A stretch of 64,000 nt of DNA from Gemmatimonadota bacterium (GTDB lineage: Bacteria > Gemmatimonadota > Gemmatimonadetes > Palauibacterales > Palauibacteraceae). The translations under genes were made by a program, and so were the position numbers. Below the pieces are notes generated by a model, which worked only from the letters and a program-made list of their open reading frames with translations, had not been told where the DNA came from and did no database searches. This document shows, piece by piece, positions 48,601 to 56,609 of this stretch (position 1 is the first letter of the stretch; the number at the start of each line of letters is the position of its first letter). The stretch covers positions 10,403-74,402 of the forward strand of contig JBDHAD010000010.1 in NCBI GenBank assembly GCA_039588215.1, written 5' to 3'.

Positions 48601-49246
48601 CGTGCTCCTCGTCGAGAAGTACGACTTGATCGGCATCGCTGACGGGGGCATCGGCGGAGCGAACCCTGGCCAGGAGATCGTCCGCGTCGACGTCGTGGGT
48701 GGTCAACGTCTCTCGAAGGACCTCGACCCGAGCTTCGGCGGCTTCTCGGTCGTTCGCGAGGCTCAACCAACGGACCCAGGTGTCGAGGCTCTTCCTGCCA
48801 CCGGTTTGCTCGATCAGCTCCTCCAGGCCGTCGAGGGCAGCATCTTCGTGGCCGAGTTCCCACATGGCCTCGGCGTACCGATGGTAATGAGCGCCGGCAT
48901 CGGCGATAAGGTTCGTGGCAAGATGCAGGCGGGCCAGCTGCAAGTAGACGGAGCTACGAGCCGGGTGGATGCGAAGCACCTTGTTGCATAGCGCGATCGC
49001 GCTGGCGTGGAGCTCTTGCTCAGCGTACCGCTCGATCGCTTCTTCGTAATATCGGACGGCGGTGTTCTTCTGACCGATCCGCAGATAGATGTCGCCGATC
49101 CGGTTGTACAGGCTCAGGTCGGCGACGGAGTTGCCTTTGTCCTGGCTCTCGCTCAACGCCTGAGTGTAGAGCTCGATCGCGCGTGACCAGTTCTCGCGCT
49201 GTTCTTCGCGCCGGGCGCGGTTCTTCAGCCGCGTGACGTCCGTCAT
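45638..49246 (-). CDS. Large TPR-repeat protein with an about 800-aa acidic, Pro/Glu-rich central spacer
   Basis: 1202 aa. N-terminal TPR module (ADLSLYNRIGDIYLRIGQKNTAVRYYEEAIERYAEQ...) and C-terminal TPR modules (...LGEAFLDKGQARVAMRLLQQAL...LGVAYQELGESTNALGCYERIFSVDIDYKDV). The central region is strongly D/E/P biased. Confidence 0.75.
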   Translation of the reverse strand: MTDVTRLKNRARREEQRENWSRAIELYTQALSESQDKGNSVADLSLYNRIGDIYLRIGQKNTAVRYYEEAIERYAEQELHASAIALCNKVLRIHPARSSVYLQLARLHLATNLIADAGAHYHRYAEAMWELGHEDAALDGLEELIEQTGGRKSLDTWVRWLSLANDREAAEARVEVLRETLTTHDVDADDLLARVRSADAPVSDADQVVLLDEEHEPDEASVTVASSEYETEEDAPPLPLLDELSIEEMPLFTEALTDPDADFATQGKPEPAPEIELEEADEPGVAIPWELEDDEDFSGWDSDVPEVAAVDEWGAAVELGELADPFVGRDVSSHSVRLDTIEPRSLDPLVVEPEMGAHAQDGNEAPGALPHLGRDRVPAAATLDGSETAVVLDPPPPSHGGYSSESLEHLARAPLAFGHPTVRQTDGSETPASTGHPPLSERPHRERVEPPTTWAQLGQRSVLALDLDAVEAQDLAHAHPESTPFHAEADESSTDDDFPLQELVDRAESLVTDDPRESFHQIETGAELLEREDSIESTDLNGRTSEGLASQASAPFETQSAEIDPSEPLQLEEAWPPSGVEERLEASGSWSEANEELEPTGAAVDALEEDLEALTLGRSDAAEPPEHTPENKEQFLESIEAILETDEEPPAGVEDATSQEPVTEEDEQTVARTWAEDAQVGLETGDDPETLDSHEPEGSFDTEPEPAPDQIGLENESIHVEAIAWPEEPSPDEPAHRGPTRPPATAESVAEPEPIPATPTIGPEPGPAPGLEPEPESVPEPAFMPEPEPEPGPEPEPVLEAVFVPELEPEPTPLAAGEGSSESADVREAGPEEAILEGAGPEETTPEEPRRLFETAASHELVGDTGDIPDGGGAIGMASGLSGEREDAFGEWVKSASPPVLKRALTELEMRAELDKGLMVVERLMALDPDEPDLLRKRLEYASALGDGAAAVETHISLGQCLERAGRTLEARRTYESLLQLDPDHAAAQEAVQRLQDVTDVGQVEQEEGAVFAHPTGPIQGAGALGGVSGPAGYEDLAGGGIFDAPGEAPQPYSGVAGGRDAAADFEQLLSEFRAELHEHPQQSDSMSRTELGASLKEMGRLDDAIRELQAAVREPQAPAMAYELLGEAFLDKGQARVAMRLLQQALQGSSWDDREMLGVLYQLGVAYQELGESTNALGCYERIFSVDIDYKDVQERILSCS
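46810..47000 (-). repeat. Imperfect GGCTCGGGCTC-type tandem repeats encoding (Pro-Glu)n within the large TPR gene
   Basis: The plus strand reads ...ggctcgggctccagctcggg...ggctcgggctcaggcccgggctcgggctcaggctcgggc... The minus-strand translation is EPEPESVPEPAFMPEPEPEPGPEPEPV...ELEPEPTP. Confidence 0.7.
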
Positions 49247-49276
49247 GCCGGTCTCGTCCGAATCCCCGAAATCAGC

Positions 49277-50518
49277 CTAGGACGTGGGTGCCACTTCCGG
49301 GCGTTTCTCGACTTTGACAGCCGTCTTGACGCTACCGGACGGCGTCGAGGTAGAGAGCGCGCGAATCGAGAACGAACGCAGGTGCTTGTCGAGGCACTCA
49401 CCCAGGGCCAAATAAGCCGCGATGGTGGCCTCCTCCTCTCCGAGGGCGTACGCATAGCCCAGCTTGCGATGAAGAAGCTCGAATCGGTCGGGGTCGAACT
49501 CGAGGAGGTGCTCCACGATGGGGAGTGCGTGCCGAAACTTCTGCTCACCGTCCAGTCGCGATAGTACGTCTTGGAGCTCCTGCATCAGGGTCGCCACGTC
49601 GGAATCCGAGACGCGAGAGGGTGTCTTCTCCGGTGGTCGACCATCGGCTTCCGGCCGGTCTCGAGTTGTTTGGGTCTGCTCCGCAACCGCCGACGTCGTC
49701 GCAGGGCCGTGCGCTGGCACCGCCGACGTCGTCGCAGAGTCGGGCGCGGGCATGGCTGACGGCGCCGATGCCTCGGCTCTCGCTGCGTCGGGCGCCATCG
49801 CCGAGACCGCCGAGCTTGTCTCGGTCGAAGGCCGCGGCGTCCGCTCCGGATCGGAGGTGGATCGAGAAGCAGCGGAGGAAGTAGCCTCGACGGGGGGCTT
49901 CTCTTCGGGTGTCCCGTATCGCGGTTGTAGCTCCTGGATCCGCCGGACCAAGGCAACCACGTCGCGACCCTGCTCTTCCCGCCTGTCGCGTACGGCTCGC
50001 AAGCAGGTGAGCGCCTCCAGGCCCCGATCCTTTTGGACCATCCGGTCCACCAGTTCGAGGGCGGTCTCGTCGTGCGCGGTCAAGTTCACGAACTCCATTA
50101 GGGCTTCGATGGTCTCGCTCGAGCGACCCTCCCGCTCCAGGTGGTCGCAGTAGGTCCGGTAGCTTGCCAGGGACTGAGCTTCGAGGCCGGAATGGGCCAG
50201 CAGACGGCCTACACGACGGTATACGCGCACGCAGTCGGGCGCGTTGCGCAAAATCTTCTTGCAGACTGCAATTCCGTTCGAGTAGAGCTGCTGATCCTCA
50301 CAGTGTTGCGCCGCTTCCTCGAAGGCTTCCACGGCCTTCGTGAGCTCCCCGGAACGCAGGTAGAGATCCCCCAAGCCGTTGTATAGGCTCAGGTCGGCGT
50401 ACCCCGCCGTTTCTTCTTGCACGGCAAGGGCTTGCCGATGCAGGACGATCGCTTTCTGCAGATCGCCGGACTCCTCCAAGCGACGGGCTTCGGCCATCAA
50501 CCGTCGAATATTGGCCAT
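49277..50518 (-). CDS. TPR-repeat protein, short paralogue of the adjacent 1202-aa protein
   Basis: ATG 50518. The N-terminal module aligns with the neighbour (ADLSLYNGLGDLYLRSGELTKAVEAFEEAAQHCEDQ vs ADLSLYNRIGDIYLRIGQKNTAVRYYEEAIERYAEQ). The C-terminal module does as well (VEHLLEFDPDRFELLHRKLGYAYALGEE vs VERLMALDPDEPDLLRKRLEYASALGDG). Confidence 0.7.
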   Translation of the reverse strand: MANIRRLMAEARRLEESGDLQKAIVLHRQALAVQEETAGYADLSLYNGLGDLYLRSGELTKAVEAFEEAAQHCEDQQLYSNGIAVCKKILRNAPDCVRVYRRVGRLLAHSGLEAQSLASYRTYCDHLEREGRSSETIEALMEFVNLTAHDETALELVDRMVQKDRGLEALTCLRAVRDRREEQGRDVVALVRRIQELQPRYGTPEEKPPVEATSSAASRSTSDPERTPRPSTETSSAVSAMAPDAARAEASAPSAMPAPDSATTSAVPAHGPATTSAVAEQTQTTRDRPEADGRPPEKTPSRVSDSDVATLMQELQDVLSRLDGEQKFRHALPIVEHLLEFDPDRFELLHRKLGYAYALGEEEATIAAYLALGECLDKHLRSFSIRALSTSTPSGSVKTAVKVEKRPEVAPTS

Positions 50519-50608
50519 ATATTGCGGTTCCAAGTCCGAGTGAGGCCCTGCTAACTACTCTGAACAGGCGCTGTTAAGGGGCAAAGAGCCGGCCAACCGG
50601 CCCCTTCC

Positions 50609-53533
50609 TCAGCGGTCCACGCTCTGTTGGTCGTAGTCGAATTTCAAATCGGGGGCATCGCGGAGACGGACGCTCAGCGAGAAGAGGAAATTCCCGTTGG
50701 GGGAGCGGGCGAAAACGAAGGAGGCCATCCACCTGTGGAGGTCACGATCTAGCGTGACGAGGTGCTCGCCGAATTTCTTGTCGCTGATGTTGTAGCTGGT
50801 GCGCCACTGAAGACGCCAATTCGGCGTCGGCTGCAAAGAGAGGATGGCCGAAAGGTTCTGCCGATCCGTTCCGCTCTCCTCTTCGCGGGCCCGGCGTAGA
50901 GAGTACGTGAGCGACAGGTTCCACGGCCCGCCTCCCCGCATGCCGGGGTCGCGCGGGTCCGGATTCTCGTCGAACGACTGGAGCCGGTAGCGTGAGTCGA
51001 CGCCTTGTCGAATCCGTCGTCCGGGATCGAACCGCGAGCTCGAGCCCGTCCGTCCGAGCCCGAGGATCCCACCGAGGCCGCGAGCCGAGCTGAATGTGAA
51101 ACTCCCCGTTAGATCCGAGAGGATCGGACTGAACTCCCGCTCGGGCCCGGTACCCTTGAACAGGTCGAGCGAGAAGTTGAGCGCCAGCCCGCGCAGCAAG
51201 TCGGAGTTGATCCGATGGCTCCACGTCTCGCTGACCAGCTTCGGCCCCTCCTTGCGCGCGAAGTCCCAGCGAAGGGCGCTCGAGTTGACCCCGAGGAGAA
51301 CGACGTTTCGCTGCTGCGGCCGCTGCTGGGCACGTTCGCTGGACGTCTGCGAAGACGCGCCTCCGCGCGCGGCGGCCCGCCCTCGGGCCTCCGCGACGGG
51401 CTCCTGACCCGGCTCCGCAGCGGTTTCCGCTCCTTCCCCCTCGGGAGAGACCTCCTCTCCACCCGGCTCCTCGGGCGGAGTCTCGCCGGCGGCTGGTTCA
51501 CCCTCGGCGCCCTCCTCCGGAGTGGGAGCCGGCTCTTCCTCCTCATCCTCCAGCAGTTCTCGCTCTTCCTCGTCCAGGACCACGTCCTCGCGCACCTTCG
51601 CCTCGAACGTCTGGTTCAGGGTGAAGGAGAGAGTGTTCTGCTCACCGGACGCCGATCCCGGGAACCCCGGGATCGCGAGGAGGGAGTCGTCGACCGTGAC
51701 TTCGGGCGAGTACGCGTACTGGAACCGGGGCGACACTTTGTGCCGGATGCGGGAGAACGGTCCGAACCCAGGGAGAAAGCCGTACACATCGGTGGAGAGG
51801 GTTGCTCCCAGGCTTACTCTCGCCGGCGCGCTCACGAACTTCTCGTTCGTGTCCGGCGACCGGAATGCCGCGGACGCGATGTTGACCGTGGGCCGGAAGG
51901 TCGTGCTACCGATGAGGTCCACCTGGTAGTTGAGCTGACCATTATAGTTGATCAGTGTGCGCGCAAATGGAGGCGCTGGGGCGGCCAGCGAGTCGAACGG
52001 GGTGGTGCGCACCGTGTTCAGCGAGGTGCCTCCCCCGAGCCCGAGCGAGCCGATGCTGAGACTCGCGTTGGCCGAAGCGTCGGTCGTCAGACGGTCGTCC
52101 GTCTCTTCGTTGCTCTCGCCTCGTCGTCTGAAGCTCAACCCACCCGAGAGCGTCATGTTGTTGAACGCTCCAGCGCGAGAGCGCGGGGCCCGGAAGAGCG
52201 TCAGGGGCGAGAAGCTGAGACGGAGGTCGGGGAGCGTGAGCTCGGTTCGGCCTCGCTGTGTACCCAAAGACTGGTTGCGACGGGCGCTCAAGCTCAGGGC
52301 CGCGAACGGAAAGCGGTGGTTCAAGCCGAAATCGGAGGTGATCCTCTGGGTCTGCTCGCGCGGGTCGAAGCTGCGCTCCTCGAACAACCTCGTGTTCTGG
52401 ATGAAGTTCGCGTTCAAACGGATATCGGTGACCGGGGAAAGCTCCTGCTGGTGGTTAGCGCTCAGCTCGAACGTGTTTCCCTGGTCGCCGAAGCTATAGC
52501 TGGTTCGGATGTTCCCCCGCAGATACTTCTTCAGATCCCGATATCTGAACGCCCCGTTCAGCCGTGTGTACTGGCCGCTGAACCAGTCGACGGTCAGCTG
52601 TGAGTCCATGAACTCGTTGATCGCGAAATAGTACCCGAAGTCCGAGATCTGACGGTTCACGTTCCCCGATGTCGAGACGATGTCGTTCACGCCGAAGCGA
52701 GGCGGCAGAAACCCGCTTCGCCGCCCGGGACGAATGTCCTGCGCGAAGAAGGGCAGCCATGCGATCGGCACGCCGTTGATGTAGAGCGTGACCGGCCAGG
52801 CGACGATTACGTTCTCGGTGACGACCTTGATCTTGCCTGCCTTGAAATAGTAGTGCGGCTCCTCCAGGTCGCATGTGGTGAACGAACCGGCCTCCACGAA
52901 GACGGTACGCTCGCCGCGGAGGGTGGCGTCGCCGCGTACGTACCACTCGGCCCCTGCCTCCGCGAACGAGGTTCTCGCGTCCATGATCGTCCCTTTGAGG
53001 CTGGAGACGTCGTAGTACACGATCGAGTCGGTCGTACCGCTCTGACCCTCCGCAGCTAGGGACACGTTGCTCTGCGCCCGGATGAACTGCAGGCCGGCCA
53101 GGTAAGAGATGGTGTCCGCTTCGAGGACGGAGGTGGCGTACTTGGCCTGCGCCTCGCCGCGCAGTCGAACGGCCTCCTCCTTTACGGCAAGCTCCACGTT
53201 GCGACCGCGGTATTCCACAATCCGGAACCCGGGCAACCCAGCGAGCCGGTTGAAGATCGAGTCCGGCTCGGGAAACACCGTCCCCTCGACCTCGCTCGTA
53301 TCTCGCTCCTGCCCACCGGCTCGCTCCAGCGTGTCACGAGGGATCGTGTCACCGATGGGGGGATCGCGTGGCAGCGTGTCGCGCAGCAGGGTGTCACGTG
53401 GCGTCGTGTCTCGCGCGACGCTGTCCGTGTCAGCCGCGAACGCCGAGAACGCCGAGCCACCGCGGGGCGCGTTCGGGCTGGCGTTCGCCGTCGCACTCGT
53501 ACCCGCAGCTCCGATCAGGACCGCCGCCAGCAA
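50609..53533 (-). CDS. lptD: LPS-assembly outer-membrane protein LptD (OstA family)
   Basis: OstA-like N-domain (VELAVKEEAVRLRGEAQAKYATSVLEADTISY). Characteristic FTTCDLEEPHYYFKAGKIKV...PIAWLPFFAQ. Large barrel with an acidic insertion. The start is uncertain (TTG 53533 or CTG 53536). Confidence 0.75.
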   Translation of the reverse strand: MLAAVLIGAAGTSATANASPNAPRGGSAFSAFAADTDSVARDTTPRDTLLRDTLPRDPPIGDTIPRDTLERAGGQERDTSEVEGTVFPEPDSIFNRLAGLPGFRIVEYRGRNVELAVKEEAVRLRGEAQAKYATSVLEADTISYLAGLQFIRAQSNVSLAAEGQSGTTDSIVYYDVSSLKGTIMDARTSFAEAGAEWYVRGDATLRGERTVFVEAGSFTTCDLEEPHYYFKAGKIKVVTENVIVAWPVTLYINGVPIAWLPFFAQDIRPGRRSGFLPPRFGVNDIVSTSGNVNRQISDFGYYFAINEFMDSQLTVDWFSGQYTRLNGAFRYRDLKKYLRGNIRTSYSFGDQGNTFELSANHQQELSPVTDIRLNANFIQNTRLFEERSFDPREQTQRITSDFGLNHRFPFAALSLSARRNQSLGTQRGRTELTLPDLRLSFSPLTLFRAPRSRAGAFNNMTLSGGLSFRRRGESNEETDDRLTTDASANASLSIGSLGLGGGTSLNTVRTTPFDSLAAPAPPFARTLINYNGQLNYQVDLIGSTTFRPTVNIASAAFRSPDTNEKFVSAPARVSLGATLSTDVYGFLPGFGPFSRIRHKVSPRFQYAYSPEVTVDDSLLAIPGFPGSASGEQNTLSFTLNQTFEAKVREDVVLDEEERELLEDEEEEPAPTPEEGAEGEPAAGETPPEEPGGEEVSPEGEGAETAAEPGQEPVAEARGRAAARGGASSQTSSERAQQRPQQRNVVLLGVNSSALRWDFARKEGPKLVSETWSHRINSDLLRGLALNFSLDLFKGTGPEREFSPILSDLTGSFTFSSARGLGGILGLGRTGSSSRFDPGRRIRQGVDSRYRLQSFDENPDPRDPGMRGGGPWNLSLTYSLRRAREEESGTDRQNLSAILSLQPTPNWRLQWRTSYNISDKKFGEHLVTLDRDLHRWMASFVFARSPNGNFLFSLSVRLRDAPDLKFDYDQQSVDR

Positions 53534-53556
53534 CAGACGGGGGGCGGCGTGATTGA

Positions 53557-54330
53557 TCAGGCCGCGCTCCCTTCCGTCTTGGCAAGCTCGGTCGAACGCT
53601 CACGCCTACCGGCGATCACGCGGGTCACCCAGATACTCGACTCGTACAGGATCATCATCGGCACGAGCATCATCAGCATCGTGTACGGATCGGCAGGGGT
53701 GAGGAAGGCAGACAGGATCGCCAGGACGACGATCGCGTGGCGTCGATACTTCGCGAGCGCGTCGGGCGTGACGATCCCCATGACCGAGAGCAGCACCAGT
53801 ATCACCGGAAGCTCGAAGATGGCTCCGAACGCGAGGATGAGCCCCACGGCGAATCGGAGGTGCGCGTCGATCGTGATGAACGGCTGCAGTGACTCGGAAT
53901 GAAAGCCGAGCAGGATCTTCAAGCCGAGAGGGAGGACGAGAAAATACGCCATGGCGACGCCGGCCAAAAACAAAACGCTGGCGGCCGCTATCGAGGGAAC
54001 CACGAAACGGCGCTCGTGATCGTACAGCGCCGGCGACAGGAAGCCCCACAGCTGAAAGCCCAGGAACGGGAGGGCCAGCACGAGCCCCCCCACGAACGCC
54101 AGCTTGAACGTCACGAAGAGCGGAGTCGTGGGACTCGTATAGATGAGCTTCTGATCAGGAGGGAGCAAATCCCGGATGGGTCGCTCGATCAGGCCGAGGA
54201 CGTCGAGCTGGGTGACGGCGATGAAGCCGAGAACACACGCCACGATCAGCGCGACCAGGCTCCAGACCAGTCTCCACCTCAGCTCCTCGAGGTGGTCGAG
54301 GAATGGCATCTCTGCGGGACCGCGGGCCAT
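53557..54330 (-). CDS. tatC: Twin-arginine translocase subunit TatC
   Basis: MPFLDHLEELRWRLVWSLVALIV and LSAFLTPADPYTMLMM. Six TM helices. Confidence 0.93.
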   Translation of the reverse strand: MARGPAEMPFLDHLEELRWRLVWSLVALIVACVLGFIAVTQLDVLGLIERPIRDLLPPDQKLIYTSPTTPLFVTFKLAFVGGLVLALPFLGFQLWGFLSPALYDHERRFVVPSIAAASVLFLAGVAMAYFLVLPLGLKILLGFHSESLQPFITIDAHLRFAVGLILAFGAIFELPVILVLLSVMGIVTPDALAKYRRHAIVVLAILSAFLTPADPYTMLMMLVPMMILYESSIWVTRVIAGRRERSTELAKTEGSAA

Positions 54331-54415
54331 CGCTTACTCCTGGAGATCGCTCGGCCGCGCGGGAGGCTGCACCGACTGTGAGCCCGGAAGGTAGACCGGC
54401 CGCGGCCGGCCCGAA

Positions 54416-54928
54416 TCAGGTCTCGGGCTCATCGCCGGGCGTGAACAGATCCACCTGTCCCGCCGCTTGATACCGCGCGCGCCGAACCAGCTCGCGCACT
54501 TCTTCCATGAACTCCGTGGTGTCCTGGAAGTTCCTGTAGACCGAGGCGAAACGTACGTAGGCAACTTGGTCTAGCAACCGTAGACGTTCCATCACCATCT
54601 CACCGAGCCCTCGACTCGACACTTCGCGCGCGTCCGCGGAGTCGAGCTCCTCCTCGATCTGTTCGACCAGGGCTTCGATTTCGGCGATCGATACCGGCCG
54701 CTTGGCGCACGCGGTACCGATGCTGGCGAGGAGCTTGGAGCGATCGTACGCCTCCGATGCCCCGGTGCGCTTGCGCACGGCGAGCGGCTCCTCTTCGATG
54801 TGCTCGTATGTCGTGAACCGACGCTTGCAGTTGAGACACTCGCGGCGCCGTCGAGTGGCTCGTCCGCCGCGGCTCGTGCGCGAATCTACGACCCGGTCTT
54901 CCGGGTGGTCACAGCTCGGGCAGCGCAC
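54416..54928 (-). CDS. nrdR: Transcriptional repressor NrdR
   Basis: MRCPSCDHPEDRVVDSR...RRRRECLNCKRRFTTYE zinc ribbon, followed by an ATP-cone. Confidence 0.95.
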   Translation of the reverse strand: MRCPSCDHPEDRVVDSRTSRGGRATRRRRECLNCKRRFTTYEHIEEEPLAVRKRTGASEAYDRSKLLASIGTACAKRPVSIAEIEALVEQIEEELDSADAREVSSRGLGEMVMERLRLLDQVAYVRFASVYRNFQDTTEFMEEVRELVRRARYQAAGQVDLFTPGDEPET

Positions 54929-55003
54929 CGTGGATGACCCGGGATGGTGGTGAGGGCAGATGACGGAGGTCCCACGCGGCCCGAATCCGCGTGGGGGTGC
55001 GCA

Positions 55004-55753
55004 TCAGCTGTCCAGGCCGCCGAGCTTCGTGCGGGCCAACTCGGCCTCCGGACTGTTCGGGTACCCGGCCTCGATCTGCCGGAATAGGGTGCGGGCCAGC
55101 GCCAGATTGCCCCGCTGCTCCTCGATCAGGCCTCGTTTGTAAAGCGAGGCCGGCGCCCGCTGCGAGTCCGGGTAGAGCTGCATCACCCGTTGGTACTCGA
55201 CGAGCGCCATTGCTTGATCGCCCGTCGAGGCATACGTCTCCGCCAGGTAGTACAAAGCATCGGGTGCCAGCTCGTGGTCCGGGTACTCGGCCAGGAACTC
55301 CTCGAACGCCCCACGCGCCGTCTCGTAGTTGCCCTGGCGATACTGTGCCTGAGCCGCGGCGTAGAACTCGGTGGCGACCGGATCTCCACCCGTCGCCGGA
55401 ACCCCGATCACTCCGGGGCCGGGTCCACGGTCGACCCCGATGCTGGAGCGGTTGGCATACAGGTCGTTCAGGAGTTGGTTGTTTTGGGCGGTGAGGGTGA
55501 GGAGCTCTGCGATCTGGTCCTCCAACCGCTCGATGCGGCGATCGAACTCCCCTCGCCCGGTTAGCTCGCGTCGTCCCTGTGCCGCGTCCAAGCTGTCGAA
55601 TGCCAAGGACAACTGTGCCAGCACGGTCTCCTGATCCGCCCGAATCTGTTGCATCTCCGTGAGCATGGATTGCTCCAGAGACTCCAAATCGGCCTTCATT
55701 GCGCACCCCGCGCCAAGCAGCGCGGCCAGCGCGATGAGCGCAAAGCGATGCAT
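55004..55753 (-). CDS. cpoB: Tol-Pal system protein YbgF/CpoB
   Basis: ATG 55753 overlaps the pal stop (TGATG). Signal/lipobox LIALAALLGAGC, coiled-coil region, and C-terminal TPR (YRQGNYETARGAFEEFLAEYPDHELAPDALYYLAETY). Confidence 0.85.
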   Translation of the reverse strand: MHRFALIALAALLGAGCAMKADLESLEQSMLTEMQQIRADQETVLAQLSLAFDSLDAAQGRRELTGRGEFDRRIERLEDQIAELLTLTAQNNQLLNDLYANRSSIGVDRGPGPGVIGVPATGGDPVATEFYAAAQAQYRQGNYETARGAFEEFLAEYPDHELAPDALYYLAETYASTGDQAMALVEYQRVMQLYPDSQRAPASLYKRGLIEEQRGNLALARTLFRQIEAGYPNSPEAELARTKLGGLDS

Positions 55754-56400
55754 CAAATGTCTCCTGCCGTGACCCTGAACTCGTCCCTCCGATTCTGCGC
55801 CCATGAGGTCTCGTTGCTCGCCGCAATCAACGGACGCTCCTCACCGAAGCTCACCGTGCGGAAACGCTCGGCCTCCAGCCCCAAGCTCACGAGGTACCGC
55901 TTCGCCGCCTCCGCGCGTCTGAGCCCGAGCGCCTGATTGTACTCGAGCGAGCCGCGCTCGTCGCAGTGCCCTTCGATCGTCACCAGGACGTCGGGATGCG
56001 CCCGCAGGGCGTCCGCCTTGCGCTGCAGGACACTCGCGGATTCGTCGGTGATTCGGGCCAGATTGAACTCGAAGTGGATGCGCGCCGTCAACGCCTCCAA
56101 CGTGTCGACCCGATCGATCTCATCGGTCGCCCGGCTGGCGCATTCTGTTCCGGGGTAATCGCGCAGCACCTGGCGCAGGAGCTCGCGGGCCGTCTCGTAG
56201 TTGCCCGTCTCGATGGCCGCCATCGCGCGCTCACAAAGGCGAGATGCCTCGGCTTCACGGCGAGCCGCGTCACCCGTGTCCGTCTGGGTTACGGGTGGTG
56301 GCGGCGGTGGTGGCGCCGGTTCTGGTTCGGGGTTGCCGCTGCACGCGGCGGCGAGGACGATGATGGGGGTCATACCAGCCAGAAGGTGGCTACGCCGCAT
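55753..56400 (-). CDS. pal: Peptidoglycan-associated lipoprotein Pal (OmpA-family C-terminal domain)
   Basis: AAGGAG lies upstream of ATG 56400. Lipobox VLAAAC. OmpA-like motif IEGHCDERGSLEYNQALGLRRAEAAKRYL. Confidence 0.9.
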   Translation of the reverse strand: MRRSHLLAGMTPIIVLAAACSGNPEPEPAPPPPPPPVTQTDTGDAARREAEASRLCERAMAAIETGNYETARELLRQVLRDYPGTECASRATDEIDRVDTLEALTARIHFEFNLARITDESASVLQRKADALRAHPDVLVTIEGHCDERGSLEYNQALGLRRAEAAKRYLVSLGLEAERFRTVSFGEERPLIAASNETSWAQNRRDEFRVTAGDI

Positions 56401-56609
56401 CGGAGTCTCCTTTTGTGGACATCCCCTGGGGACCACACACCAAGTCAGAAAAGGGGGGGCACCGCCCAATCCCAATCCCTACACACCTCATAAGCTATCC
56501 TGCCCCGTCCCGACCGCAAGTTGAGCCCGGGCCCTCGAACGAGGGCCCTCACGCGGACCCTGTTCTCGCACCGATCTCACCGTGCCGGCCGGCCGGCTGC
56601 CGCGGTTCT

